Assembly (NCBI GenBank): GCA_964493385.1 | Contig: CAZBNW010000002.1 | Span: 19,793 to 74,972 of the forward strand | Direction of reading: 5' to 3' | Source of the DNA: an uncultured archaeon | Lineage (GTDB): Archaea; Asgardarchaeota; Lokiarchaeia; Sigyniarchaeales; SOKP01 | DNA length: 55,180 nucleotides | Shown: positions 1 through 10,285 of the stretch, in pieces | Layout: each line of letters starts with the position of its first letter | Position numbering within the stretch: the stretch's first letter is position 1 | Position numbers and translations under genes: made by a program | The notes under the pieces: model-generated | Seen by the model: the letters and a program-made list of their open reading frames with translations, nothing else | Databases searched by the model: none | Told to the model about the DNA's origin: nothing

Positions 1-148
1 GCATCAAAAGTAGCAAAAATCTTAAAGATTCGACTTTTTGAGTAATGGTTCAAATCTATCGTAGTAGAACTTTCTAATTCTAAAAACAAAACTTAAAACA
101 ACACCTATTTTATAATAAATTAAATTAAATTCTAAATTTGGTATAGAA

Positions 149-876
149 TTGTTAAAATCTATTAAGGATTTATTAATTAGTTTAAAAACCAGATATAATA
201 ATTCAAGCACCATCCAGAATAAATTTATTCAATCCTTTAGATGCTGTAGAGGGCGACTTCTGGATGCCCTCAGTAGCCATTAATGATGTAGACAATCCTC
301 TATCTGCATTTTTTTACATTAAAAATATTGATCAAGAAAGTCGATTAAAAGTATATACTATGAAAAATTTGTTATTCAGGAGTACTCCACGAAAGTGGGG
401 ATATTCATGGAAAGTTAAGGAGAATATATTTTCAAAAGAATCCAACAATTTTGAATGGTTACATTGAATTAGCCAAAATTGCTTGGAAGTCAAGATTTGC
501 ATTGATACGCCGTGATTGGAGGCAACTAGGAAAATACTTTAAAGAAAATACGAGAATAATGAATAAAATAATGAAAGAAGCGGGTTTTAAATATGGAATT
601 GGATTAGCTAATAATATTTTAATTAAGATTATAGAGGAATATGCTGACGTATACGCTGCTAAATTAACTGGTGCTGGTGGTGGAGGATCTATTTTTGCGT
701 TAGTTAATCCAAATAAAATAGATGACATTTTAAATTATTGGAAAAGTAAATTGTATGAGCTTATTAAAAATAGAGTGCTTTTTTTTTCAAGATTTCCGTC
801 ATTTCCTTTTGAAATGACAAAAGAACTTAAAAAGCGTCAATTTTTTCGAATAATGATAGATAATAAGGGGGAGTGA
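149..876 (+). pseudogene. Degraded GHMP-kinase family gene (sugar kinase-like), frameshifted and apparently internally deleted
   Basis: The frame from 186 gives the GHMP N-terminal motif (APSRINLFNPLD). A different frame (451-876) gives the C-terminal motif AAKLTGAGGGGS. The central ATP-binding GxGLGSS motif is absent, and at least two frame breaks are needed. Confidence 0.65.
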
Positions 877-929
877 AAAAGTTATAATCAATTGGACATT
901 ATATAAGTAAAAACAATTGGAGATTTAAC

Positions 930-1097
930 TTGAGTAAATTCGAACGGTATAAACAAAAAGCTGAAGTTTATATATATCCACACAAACATTGCAAAAAGTG
1001 TGGAGAAATGATTTCTGAAGCTTATTCTTATTGTGCCGAATGCTATAAAAACTTAAAAGAAAAGAAAAAAAGAAAATGGTTCAAAAGGAAAAAGTAA
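930..1097 (+). CDS. Small Zn-ribbon protein (DUF2116-like), 55 aa, not in the ORF track
   Basis: TTG start after GGAG. Translation MSKFERYKQKAEVYIYPHKHCKKCGEMISEAYSYCAECYKNLKEKKKRKWFKRKK has PHKHCxxCG...CxxC and a basic tail. Confidence 0.75.
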   Translation: MSKFERYKQKAEVYIYPHKHCKKCGEMISEAYSYCAECYKNLKEKKKRKWFKRKK

Positions 1098-1144
1098 AAA
1101 GCTAATTCATAAGATTTTTCCTTTTATTTGGTTTATTCAAAAAA

Positions 1145-2851
1145 TTAAATATTAAATCTTTCTAATAGCCAACTTTTATCTAAAAGGGATAAAAATGGTC
1201 CTAATCGTGGACCACTTTTTTTACCTAAAATAATTTGATAGATTGCTTCAAATAATTTTCTTGGAGGAAGATTTAAATCATTTTTTGCTATAGAAAAAAT
1301 TTTATTTTGAATAAAATCTGCATCTAATCCATCATTTTCATTTAAAAATTCCCTTAATAGATGTATCCCCTTGATTTGTTTTTTATCTAATTTCTTTATC
1401 ACATTCCTAGTTATTTTATTTGGAATTGTGAAAATCTCCACTTTTCTTAGGATCTCTTTTTTAACTTTAGGATCTTTTTCGCTTTCTAATATTTTTTTTA
1501 TTCCTCCAATCCAATTATTTGTTTTGGTTAAGGTTGCCTCAAATTCTTCTACACTAATTACATTATCAAAGTTGTGTTTTTCCATGTAGGATTTTGCCTT
1601 TTTATAGAGTGTATCTAAGTCTAAAATATTTTGAATTTGTGCGAAAAAAGTTAAAAGCTTCAAGGGTAGTTTTTTTGATTTTGTTTTAGGGACATCATTT
1701 ATTTGTGTTAATGGAAAAATGTATTTAAAAAATCTATTTTCTTCAGAATCTTTTGATATTTCTAAATCATAATAAGAATTTTCCATTTTTTCATAATATT
1801 CATAATATTGAGGAAGTTCTTCAATCCTAAAAGCTATATGTTTTAATGGAATTGTTCTTAAAAGAATTGTCCTATAAATCTTTGGATCAGCCATTTCTAG
1901 ATACTTTTTTGGTGTAAAGACAATACCTTTAGATGTTTTCATATCATAATTTCCAAGTCTTAACCATTCATAGGGAACTTTTACAGGGCCTTCATATCCA
2001 TATATTTTTTTACATAATTCTAAGCCAGTATCATATGCTCCTCCCTTTACACTATGATCCTTGCCTGCAGGTTCACACGTCGTTTTGTAGATCGCCCATT
2101 TTGCGGGCCAATCTATTCGCCAATTTAATTTTAACCTCCCACTCCATATCGATATTTTTCCAGAGTGTCCACATGCGTTACATATATATGCCACTTTTTC
2201 TTCGTCATTAAAATATTCTTTTGCTCTATTTGGTTTAATAGAACCATCCTCATTTACATGCTGAATTGAATTGCATTCCTCACAAATAACCATGACTGGT
2301 AACCAGTTTTTTTGCATTTCTATAAATTTTGGCTTTAATTCTTCTTTTAGAGTAGGCAATATATATTTTTTCAAGATTTTCTTAATTCTTTCAGTATTTT
2401 CCAGAGCAATTTGTATTTTTTCTTGCATCCTTTTAGTTTTGTATAACTCATGCGACCAAATTATAGTAATTTCTATTCCAAAATCGGGAAATGATTCCAT
2501 TAATTCATTACCAAAATGATGTGCATAGTTTTCGCATTTACAATCTTCGTAAGGGCATGGAATCATAGCAAATGGTTTTCCAAGATGTTTTTTCTGAAAT
2601 TCTTCAGGCACATATGCTGGAAATCGTTTAGCTGCATCTAGACTATCAAAAAATAATAAATTATTAACTACATCACCATTTTTTTCAAAAATCCTTCTTA
2701 ATGCGTCACAAATTATTATTTCTCGTAATATTCCTAAATGGATATGACCCGATGGAGTTTTACCTGTAGAAAGAGTAATTTCATTAACTTTGCGTGAGTA
2801 AATTTCTTCAACAATTTCTTCTACCCAATGAACTGGAAAATCTTCACTCAA
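1145..2851 (-). CDS. lysS: Lysyl-tRNA synthetase, class I
   Basis: TPSGHIHLG (HIGH-like), KLNWRIDWPAKW, EPAGKDH, MKTSKG (KMSKS-like) and C-terminal GPRLGPF. Confidence 0.97.
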   Translation of the reverse strand: MSEDFPVHWVEEIVEEIYSRKVNEITLSTGKTPSGHIHLGILREIIICDALRRIFEKNGDVVNNLLFFDSLDAAKRFPAYVPEEFQKKHLGKPFAMIPCPYEDCKCENYAHHFGNELMESFPDFGIEITIIWSHELYKTKRMQEKIQIALENTERIKKILKKYILPTLKEELKPKFIEMQKNWLPVMVICEECNSIQHVNEDGSIKPNRAKEYFNDEEKVAYICNACGHSGKISIWSGRLKLNWRIDWPAKWAIYKTTCEPAGKDHSVKGGAYDTGLELCKKIYGYEGPVKVPYEWLRLGNYDMKTSKGIVFTPKKYLEMADPKIYRTILLRTIPLKHIAFRIEELPQYYEYYEKMENSYYDLEISKDSEENRFFKYIFPLTQINDVPKTKSKKLPLKLLTFFAQIQNILDLDTLYKKAKSYMEKHNFDNVISVEEFEATLTKTNNWIGGIKKILESEKDPKVKKEILRKVEIFTIPNKITRNVIKKLDKKQIKGIHLLREFLNENDGLDADFIQNKIFSIAKNDLNLPPRKLFEAIYQIILGKKSGPRLGPFLSLLDKSWLLERFNI

Positions 2852-3081
2852 ATTTTCTTCACTATACAGCTTTTTCTTTATTGGTGTAATGAATCTTTCC
2901 TTTTTAATCTATTTCGGTATAGATAAAGTAGACTATTTTAATTATAAAGACAAAAAGATAATTCTTTGTTATTTAAAATATTTATTTATTCAAAATACAT
3001 AATCGAAAGTTATATTTTAGCAACAGCAAATAGCAAATTATAAATGATCATTTTTGCTTTTAAATGTTAGTGAGTTAAATA

Positions 3082-4914
3082 ATGAGGATTGCTGTTTTAA
3101 ATAAGGATTTTTGTAAACCAGACAAATGTAGTCCTTTTGGAAAAAAACCTTGTATAAAATATTGCCCCAGAGTGAGAACAGGAGACAAAACAATAGTTTT
3201 AAGCCCAGATGAGAAGTATGTAATCATTACTGAAAGTTTATGCTCAGGAGAAGGTATATGCATTAAAAAGTGTCCTTTTAATGCAATTAGTATTGTAAAT
3301 TTACCTGATCCGTTGGAGAATCAAATATCATATCGATATGGGCAAGATCAGTTTTCATTATTTCGAATGGCAATCCCTAAAAAAGGAAAAGTTCTTGGAT
3401 TAATCGGACAAAATGGAATTGGAAAAAGTACATTACTAAAATTGCTATCAAACGAGCTAAAAATAAATCTAGGAAAATTTGGAGATGAAGCTCCTGAATG
3501 GAAAGAAATAATTGAACATTTTAAAGGGTCAGAACTACATCAATATTTTATTGAAATTAGAGATAGTAAGATTAAGATTGTTCATAAACCTCAAAATATT
3601 ACAGTAATCCCAAAATTCGTATCAGGAAGGGTATTTGATCTATTGAAAAAAAATGATATAGGAGAACAATTAGATCAAATCTGTGCGAAATTAAATCTTA
3701 TTGAAATCTTAGAAAGAGAAATATCAGTATTATCTGGAGGTGAATTGCAAAGAGTAGCCATTGCAGCAGCTTATCTCAAAGATGGAGATATATATTTATT
3801 TGATGAACCAAGTTCATATTTGGATGTAAGTGAAAGAATTAATATGGCAAAATTAATTCGTAGTTTATCTGAAAAAGGTAAAACAATTATAGTTGTTGAA
3901 CATGATTTAGCAATTTTAGATTATTTGAGCGATTATGTTTCAATTTTATATGGACAACCTAGCGTTTATGGAATAGTTTCACATCCGCAGGGTGTTAGAG
4001 TTGGTATTAACATTTATTTAAATGGATATATAAAAGATGAAAATGTGAGATTCAGAGAGGAACCTATTACATTTCATGAACGGCCACCCCAAGAATCACT
4101 ATTCGATACTGGAGATGTCGTTTTTTCTTATGATGATATTGAAATTTCTTTAGGGAACTTCCATTTGACTGCTTCTGGGAGTGAAATTCATGCGGGTGAG
4201 CTTATTGGGATTCTAGGGGCAAATGGAATTGGCAAAACTACATTTATTAATTCGCTTGCTAATAAAATCCATACTGATAATGAAGAATATAGTGAAAAAA
4301 CTGAGGAGAATAATGTAGGAAATATTCAAAAATTAAAAGTTATTGTGAAGCCACAATATATTAAAATTGAAGAGGAAGGGTTAGTATCTAAGCTCATTAC
4401 ACAGATTAAGTTAGCTCCCCATTTGAGTCAATCTTATAAAAAGAGATTGATTAATAATTTAAATCTAGAAAATATAAAAGAGAGGAATTTTTCAGAATTA
4501 AGTGGTGGGGAATTACAACGCGTTGCAATTGCTAAGTGTCTTTCAACTGAAGCAGATATTTATTTATTAGATGAGCCTTCAGCATTTTTAGATGTTGAAA
4601 TGAGATTGCAGGTTGCTCAATTACTAAGAAAATCTATCGAGGAGTTAAAAAAATCGGGTTTTGTTGTAGAACATGATATTATAACGCAAGATTTTATAGC
4701 TGATTCAATATTAGTATTTGATGGTACTCCTGGATTAGAAGGTAATGCTTTACCACCTCAAAATTTAAGGGATGGGTTTAATACATTTCTTAAAATGATG
4801 GGAATTACATTTAGGAGAGATTCTATTACCAAAAGACCTCGCGTAAACAAACTAGGAAGTAATAAGGATATATATCAGAAGCGGATTAATGAATATTACT
4901 ATATCCCAAAATAA
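3082..4914 (+). CDS. rli: Ribosome recycling ATPase ABCE1/RLI
   Basis: N-terminal Fe-S domain (CKPDKC...CIKYCP...CIKKCPF) and two ABC domains (GQNGIGKS, GANGIGKT, LSGGELQR twice). Confidence 0.97.
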   Translation: MRIAVLNKDFCKPDKCSPFGKKPCIKYCPRVRTGDKTIVLSPDEKYVIITESLCSGEGICIKKCPFNAISIVNLPDPLENQISYRYGQDQFSLFRMAIPKKGKVLGLIGQNGIGKSTLLKLLSNELKINLGKFGDEAPEWKEIIEHFKGSELHQYFIEIRDSKIKIVHKPQNITVIPKFVSGRVFDLLKKNDIGEQLDQICAKLNLIEILEREISVLSGGELQRVAIAAAYLKDGDIYLFDEPSSYLDVSERINMAKLIRSLSEKGKTIIVVEHDLAILDYLSDYVSILYGQPSVYGIVSHPQGVRVGINIYLNGYIKDENVRFREEPITFHERPPQESLFDTGDVVFSYDDIEISLGNFHLTASGSEIHAGELIGILGANGIGKTTFINSLANKIHTDNEEYSEKTEENNVGNIQKLKVIVKPQYIKIEEEGLVSKLITQIKLAPHLSQSYKKRLINNLNLENIKERNFSELSGGELQRVAIAKCLSTEADIYLLDEPSAFLDVEMRLQVAQLLRKSIEELKKSGFVVEHDIITQDFIADSILVFDGTPGLEGNALPPQNLRDGFNTFLKMMGITFRRDSITKRPRVNKLGSNKDIYQKRINEYYYIPK

Positions 4915-5241
4915 GAAACCTGGGTTTGAATCATTATCTAATTCATTTTTAATAATTAAACATTTCTTTATACTCCATTATTTCGATTGGAGAAATTCTT
5001 ATTAAGCAAATAGAGATTTAATTTGAAAATCTTTGTTATTCTTTTCTTAATAAGATTATTTAAATATTTTTAAAGTATAATTAACTGGGCTCTATTCAAA
5101 AATTTATATATATAATTTTTTTTCACTATTCTAAAATAAAATTTGCAGTGGAAATATAATAGTATATATTGATAATATTATCTTATTAACATACTCCTTT
5201 GAATTATGTAAAAAAAATATGAAATAAAGAAATTAATATTT

Positions 5242-5496
5242 TTAACCTCTTAATTTCCAGAAAACGAGGGGACGACCTCTTTTTCCGTCATTGCGTGAGA
5301 ATTTTTCGATTAATCTTCTTTTTTGGAGTTTTACTAGATTATCATATATGGTTGTTCTTGGAGTTTTGAGTTCTTCTACTAAATCCTTTCGAGTTACAGG
5401 TCCAATTTCCTTTAAAGTTTTTATTAAATTATATTGCATAGGTGATAAATATTCTTTTGGGTCATAATAACTATTAATTAAGGTTTTATTTACCAT
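5242..5496 (-). CDS. Winged helix-turn-helix transcription regulator (TrmB-like)
   Basis: TRKDLVEELKTPRTTIYDNLVKLQKRRLI HTH and GRP wing; GGAGGAG SD upstream. Confidence 0.8.
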   Translation of the reverse strand: MVNKTLINSYYDPKEYLSPMQYNLIKTLKEIGPVTRKDLVEELKTPRTTIYDNLVKLQKRRLIEKFSRNDGKRGRPLVFWKLRG

Positions 5497-5707
5497 ACTT
5501 TACTCCTCCACTTTTAATATAGATTTAAAAACGACAATTTTTCGACTTTTTAATTTTTAAAGTGAAAAGTTTATTCTTATGATCTAATAAATTCCAAATG
5601 ATATATAAATGATGCTTATTTATGCATTATTATCATCAACTAGCATAATTTTTAATAATATAAATTTTTCTTTACTTAATGTAGAATTATATATTTTCAA
5701 TCTAATA

Positions 5708-6079
5708 ATGACTGAAACTACAAGAACAACTGTCACTTTAAACAAAAGTTATATGAAATTAATTGAAGATTTAGTTGATGTTTTTGGAGCTACAAAAGCA
5801 CAGGTAATTAGTAATATTGTAGAATATTTTTTTAACGATAGCAAAAATGATCCTCTTTTAGAAAAATTAAAGGCTAGAAAAAGAAAAGAAAAACCCCCTG
5901 ATAAATCTGATATTGAATATAGAATTAGGAAATATTTAGAAAGAGCAGATAAAATACCTTTTGAAGTATTTGTGAATCATTTAAAACTAGATACTGAATT
6001 TGTAATAAATCATCTTGATGAGTGGGGTGAAAAATATGATTTTATGTTTATTGATAATAAAATAATTAAAACTAAGTAA
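5708..6079 (+). CDS. Ribbon-helix-helix (CopG-like) domain protein
   Basis: Likely start is ATG 5708 (the track starts at 5609). RTTVTLNKSYMKLIEDLVDVFGATKAQVISNIVEYF fits an RHH pattern. Confidence 0.6.
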   Translation: MTETTRTTVTLNKSYMKLIEDLVDVFGATKAQVISNIVEYFFNDSKNDPLLEKLKARKRKEKPPDKSDIEYRIRKYLERADKIPFEVFVNHLKLDTEFVINHLDEWGEKYDFMFIDNKIIKTK

Positions 6080-6114
6080 AATCTAAACTATTTACTCAAT
6101 TAATATTCTAAGCA

Positions 6115-6315
6115 TCATCTAAATAATTCTAAGAAGTTATTCGAAAGTCCTACAGTCCAATCTAATATTGAAGTGATAACTCCAACAATAATAAAGAAAA
6201 CAAATAAAGCAAAACCAATTAATAAGGCATATTCCACAAGATTCCCTCCATATTCATCAGAGAAGAATTGTTTAATTTTGGATCCAAATTTTTTAATGAG
6301 ATTTTTAAAATTCAT
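6115..6315 (-). CDS. Flp/Fap-type (Tad) pilin-like protein
   Basis: 66 aa with a basic leader, FFSDEYG|GNLVEYALL (E+5/Y+6 Flp motif) and a hydrophobic helix. Confidence 0.7.
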   Translation of the reverse strand: MNFKNLIKKFGSKIKQFFSDEYGGNLVEYALLIGFALFVFFIIVGVITSILDWTVGLSNNFLELFR

Positions 6316-6390
6316 TGCTACTGTATTTTTTAATTTAGTTTTATAAACTAAACGATTTTTAAATAAAAAATAGATTTGAATAGATAAATC

Positions 6391-6804
6391 TTAAGAAATT
6401 AAAATCCTAAAGACTTCATTAAGATCATCTTCAGGCGCTTGGTTCCTTGGGATTTTAATTCGAAATTTTTCGTCATCGAAGTTTCTTGGAATGATATGGA
6501 CGTGAAAATGTTTTATTACTTGACCAGCAGCTGCAAAATTATTTTGAAGTATATTATATCCATCAATTTTTAATTTATCATGAATCATAGTTGCCAGGCT
6601 CTTTACAACTTTATATAGTTCAGTAAGCTCATAATCAGGTATATCCTCTAAATTTGAATAATGGGTTTTGGGTACTACAATTGTGTGTCCCTTAGAAATG
6701 GGAGAAATATCTAAAAAGGCAAGATTTAAGTCATTTTCAAATACAATTTTTGAAAGAATTTCCCTATTCGTTATTTTACAAAATATACAATCTTTTTCTT
6801 TCAT
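6391..6804 (-). CDS. HIT family nucleotide hydrolase
   Basis: DCIFCKI N-terminus, GHTIVVPK and histidine triad HFHVHIIPR. Confidence 0.95.
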   Translation of the reverse strand: MKEKDCIFCKITNREILSKIVFENDLNLAFLDISPISKGHTIVVPKTHYSNLEDIPDYELTELYKVVKSLATMIHDKLKIDGYNILQNNFAAAGQVIKHFHVHIIPRNFDDEKFRIKIPRNQAPEDDLNEVFRILIS

Positions 6805-6944
6805 ATCTTTTAAACATTCTTTAATTTTAAGATATTTTCAATATAATTTATATAATTTAATTTAAAATTAAAAAACCTTTACTCAGTTTTATCATATTAA
6901 AAAATGCAGATTTTTCATCTTAGTGCTCGTAAATAGTAATTGTA

Positions 6945-7760
6945 ATGTTGCTTCAAGAAATAAAAGCGATATTGAAGAATAGATTGTCTCCTAAACCATT
7001 TAGGATGAATTCTGAGATATATGGGATGCATTATGGTAAGAATAATAATAGTAAATTAATAAAGAAGGTAATGTTTACGATTGATTTAAGTTTAGAAGCG
7101 ATACATTTTGCCCTAAAAAATAAGGTTAATTTAATTATATCTTATCATAGTTTAATTAACAAACCGATAAAAAAATTTAATCAAATCATCATAAATAAAT
7201 TATCATTGCTTTCGAAATACCCATTCTCTATATTTGTATTAAATTCGTCATTTATTGCAGCAGAAGGAGGGATTTCTGATACAATTGTGGAAGTACTTTA
7301 TCTAAAATTAGAAACCATATTTCAAGTGAAAAATAATAAAGGTATTAAAATTCCTATTGGAAGAATTTGTTCACCTATGATTTATTTAAATAAAAAGCAC
7401 CCATTTACATTAGAGAATCTAATAAAGCGGATAAAAACAAATTTGGGTTTAGGTAATGTTTCATATGTGGGAGATCTTAAAAGTGTAATAAAAAAAATTT
7501 GTATTGTGGGAGCAAATATATCAAATATAGATCATATTAATAAAGCAATGAAACTTGGCTGTGATTGCTATATATCAGGAAAAATTAATTATTTTGATGC
7601 AATTTTTGCCCGAGATATAGGACTTAATTTAATAGAAACATCTTATTATGAGAATGGATTATTAGCGATGAAAAAACTAAGTAATATCTTGAGTTTAGAG
7701 TTTCCTCAGGTTGAATTTATAATATTTGAATCTAAGAATCCTATTAAAACTTATATCTAA
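6945..7760 (+). CDS. NIF3/YbgI-like protein with degenerate metal ligands
   Basis: IKKVMFTIDLS...AIHFALKNKVNLIISYH, GRI, IKKICIVG and CDCYISG match the NIF3 layout, but the HH/HTNLD/HY ligand motifs are altered. Confidence 0.8.
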   Translation: MLLQEIKAILKNRLSPKPFRMNSEIYGMHYGKNNNSKLIKKVMFTIDLSLEAIHFALKNKVNLIISYHSLINKPIKKFNQIIINKLSLLSKYPFSIFVLNSSFIAAEGGISDTIVEVLYLKLETIFQVKNNKGIKIPIGRICSPMIYLNKKHPFTLENLIKRIKTNLGLGNVSYVGDLKSVIKKICIVGANISNIDHINKAMKLGCDCYISGKINYFDAIFARDIGLNLIETSYYENGLLAMKKLSNILSLEFPQVEFIIFESKNPIKTYI

Positions 7761-7857
7761 GAGATTTAATAAAAGTTTAAATCTTTTAAGATATATTTTG
7801 AATTTAAAATATTAAAACTTTTCATTTCATATTCGATAAAATATTAGTGAGAAAATT

Positions 7858-8439
7858 ATGACCATAATGGAGTATAATGGGAAAAAACCAGAAATAAGTC
7901 CAATTAGTTATGTTTCACCAATGGCGACACTAATCGGAGATATACGTGTTAACGATAATGTGATAATTTGGCCAGGGTCAATTATACGCGCAGAAAATTC
8001 ACCAATTAATATAGGTGAATATACTACAATCTTTGACGGAGTTATGATGTTAACGCGTTCTCAAAAAAGCTCAATAAATATTGGGAGATATTGTATAATA
8101 GAGTCTGGAGTAACTCTTTTAGGATGTTTTTTAGAAGATTATGTTCAAGTAAAAGAGGGTACCTTAATTTTTGAAGAAGCTTCTATTGGCGAAGGGGCAA
8201 TAATTCTAAATCAGAGTCAAGTTCCACCAGGTTTAACAATTCCTGCCCGAGCTGTGATGAGAGGAATTCCAGTTGAACCGATAAGAGAACAAACTCGTAA
8301 TGATGTACTTAAACAGAAAGAAAAAGCAGAAAATTATTCTCAGTTATTTATTAAAATCAAAGAACTATTACCAAATGCTCAAAGCTATTTATTAACTTTA
8401 CCAGATTTCATTAAGTTAATGTTAAAAAAAGAAGATTAA
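7858..8439 (+). CDS. Gamma-carbonic-anhydrase-like left-handed beta-helix protein lacking Zn ligands
   Basis: KPEISPISYVSPMATLIGDIRV...IWPGSIIRAE hexapeptide repeats and the GIPVEPIRE motif; the protein has no His. Confidence 0.8.
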   Translation: MTIMEYNGKKPEISPISYVSPMATLIGDIRVNDNVIIWPGSIIRAENSPINIGEYTTIFDGVMMLTRSQKSSINIGRYCIIESGVTLLGCFLEDYVQVKEGTLIFEEASIGEGAIILNQSQVPPGLTIPARAVMRGIPVEPIREQTRNDVLKQKEKAENYSQLFIKIKELLPNAQSYLLTLPDFIKLMLKKED

Positions 8440-8461
8440 AAAAAAGAATTAGAATTTTAAG

Positions 8462-9349
8462 TTATACCATAATATTTAACATTTTTACAAGTTCTTTATA
8501 GCGTGAGCGAAGAGTTACCTCAGTTACCCCTACCAAATTTGCTATTTCCTTTTGTGAAATTTTTTTATCTTTCTTTTTACAAACTAAATATAACGCTCCT
8601 GCACATAAACCTTTTGGATCTTTCCCACTTGTAGAAAATTTGGTAGTAAATGTTTGTAAAATTTTTATTGTTGTATTTTCCGCATCTGCGTCTAACTCCA
8701 ATTCTGCTATAAATCTAGGAATAAGGGAGATGGGATCTGTTGAAGGAGCTTTTAAATTTAATTCTCTAATTAATGTTCTATAACATCGTCTTACATTTTT
8801 AGCACTTATGGATGTCTGATCTAAAATTTCCTGTAAAGTTCTTGGAATTTTTCTCTCTCTACATGCGAAATATAAACAAGCAGCAACCATCCCATTAATG
8901 GATCTTCCACGAAGTAACTTCTTTTTGAATGCTTCTATATATAATCTTATTGCTGCTTTTTTAACATGATTTGGTAAATTTAAATTACTCCCAATCCGTT
9001 TTAATTCAGTTGTCGCAATTAACATATTCCTTTTATCCCATGTCATACGAGAATTCCATTTAGCAGCTCTTTTCAAATCGGGGCTTTTAATATTAGTTTT
9101 ATCTATAATTGTGCTTAACCCCATATCTGGTAATAAAATTGAAATTGGAGATCCTGTTCTTTCTCTAGACTCTTTTTCCTGTTTAGTAAATGCCCTTTTA
9201 CCACTATGAGATATATCAACAATTCGCTCACTTATTACTAAACCACACTGTCCACACACAGTTTCTCCTTTCTCATGAAGTAAAATAATCTTGCCCTCAC
9301 ATTCTGGGCATAAATTCGATAAATTACTTAAATCTGATTCAACTTCCAT
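8462..9349 (-). CDS. tfb: Transcription initiation factor IIB (TFB)
   Basis: CPEC...CGQCG Zn ribbon and cyclin repeats (LLRGRSI, PRTLQEI, GKDPKGLCAGALY, VGVTEVTLRSRYKEL). Confidence 0.95.
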   Translation of the reverse strand: MEVESDLSNLSNLCPECEGKIILLHEKGETVCGQCGLVISERIVDISHSGKRAFTKQEKESRERTGSPISILLPDMGLSTIIDKTNIKSPDLKRAAKWNSRMTWDKRNMLIATTELKRIGSNLNLPNHVKKAAIRLYIEAFKKKLLRGRSINGMVAACLYFACRERKIPRTLQEILDQTSISAKNVRRCYRTLIRELNLKAPSTDPISLIPRFIAELELDADAENTTIKILQTFTTKFSTSGKDPKGLCAGALYLVCKKKDKKISQKEIANLVGVTEVTLRSRYKELVKMLNIMV

Positions 9350-9596
9350 AATAAAAACCCTATATTGTTTTTAAAAATATTAATTTTCCTATTACTTAAT
9401 ATTAGCGCTTTTTTAACAGATTTTAACCCGTGTAGCGAATAAAATATTGTTTTGAAGATTGATTAAATCTTATGTGACTGAAAATCTAATATATTCTTTG
9501 ATGCAAATAATATATATATAAATATATTATATAAATGTTTCGCTCAGAATCTGAGGGTATTTAGAAAATGCAATATATATTTTGGTAATTAATTTA

Positions 9597-10229
9597 TCAT
9601 AGAAAAAATGGAAGACATGTATTGAATCCAAATAAAATTCCTTCCATAACACCAGAAATTAAAGCATATATCGCTCTACTAGGATTATGAATTAAACGAT
9701 TGTTATTAATTAAATACCATAGACTTACTAATACCTGTAATAAAGCAAATAAAGAACCAAGGGAGAAACAATAATAAATAGTTTTTTCATGAGGATATAT
9801 TGCAGTCTCAAGGTCCATTATACCGTTCAAATAAAATGGATCAAACCCACTAAATGCAATAAAATTATAAATTAATCTATCAGGTAAAGGATCTAAAAAC
9901 CAAATTAAAAAATATGTGATATAATTAAATAAAATTCCGAAAGCTAAAACAATATAAGAACATCCTAAGATTAATCTTGGTTTTATAAATAGATCTTCTT
10001 GGTTATCTTTACTAACTAATCTAGATTGACGATAAACACCTCTTAATCTTAATAAGGTTAAAATTCCAATAGATAAAATAATAAAAACAAAAATATATTT
10101 CAGATATTTGCATAAGATTAAAAAGAGATTATTAAAAGCTATACACCAGCTTTTTAAGCCATCTATTATGTAATTAAACACATAATCTATGGATAATATT
10201 TTCCTATTGATTTGTCCATACAAATCCAT
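9597..10229 (-). CDS. Hypothetical multi-pass membrane protein
   Basis: 210-aa ORF with about 4 hydrophobic segments. Confidence 0.7.
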   Translation of the reverse strand: MDLYGQINRKILSIDYVFNYIIDGLKSWCIAFNNLFLILCKYLKYIFVFIILSIGILTLLRLRGVYRQSRLVSKDNQEDLFIKPRLILGCSYIVLAFGILFNYITYFLIWFLDPLPDRLIYNFIAFSGFDPFYLNGIMDLETAIYPHEKTIYYCFSLGSLFALLQVLVSLWYLINNNRLIHNPSRAIYALISGVMEGILFGFNTCLPFFL

Positions 10230-10285
10230 GACATAATAATATTATATGCGGCGAATTTAAAGTCTACAAAATCTTTTACACTAGT

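Noticed and set aside
22-213. 63-aa minus-strand ORF
   Set aside because: No recognisable features, and it overlaps the 5' remnant of the GHMP kinase on the other strand; likely spurious.
459-3263. Short antisense ORFs within the GHMP remnant, lysS and ABCE1 (459-728, 1371-1589, 1933-2211, 2271-2519, 3075-3263)
   Set aside because: Shadow ORFs opposite well-supported genes.
5141-5156. ORB-like TTGCAGTGGAAAT in the AT-rich gap after ABCE1
   Set aside because: Single imperfect copy, no G-string and no adjacent initiator gene.
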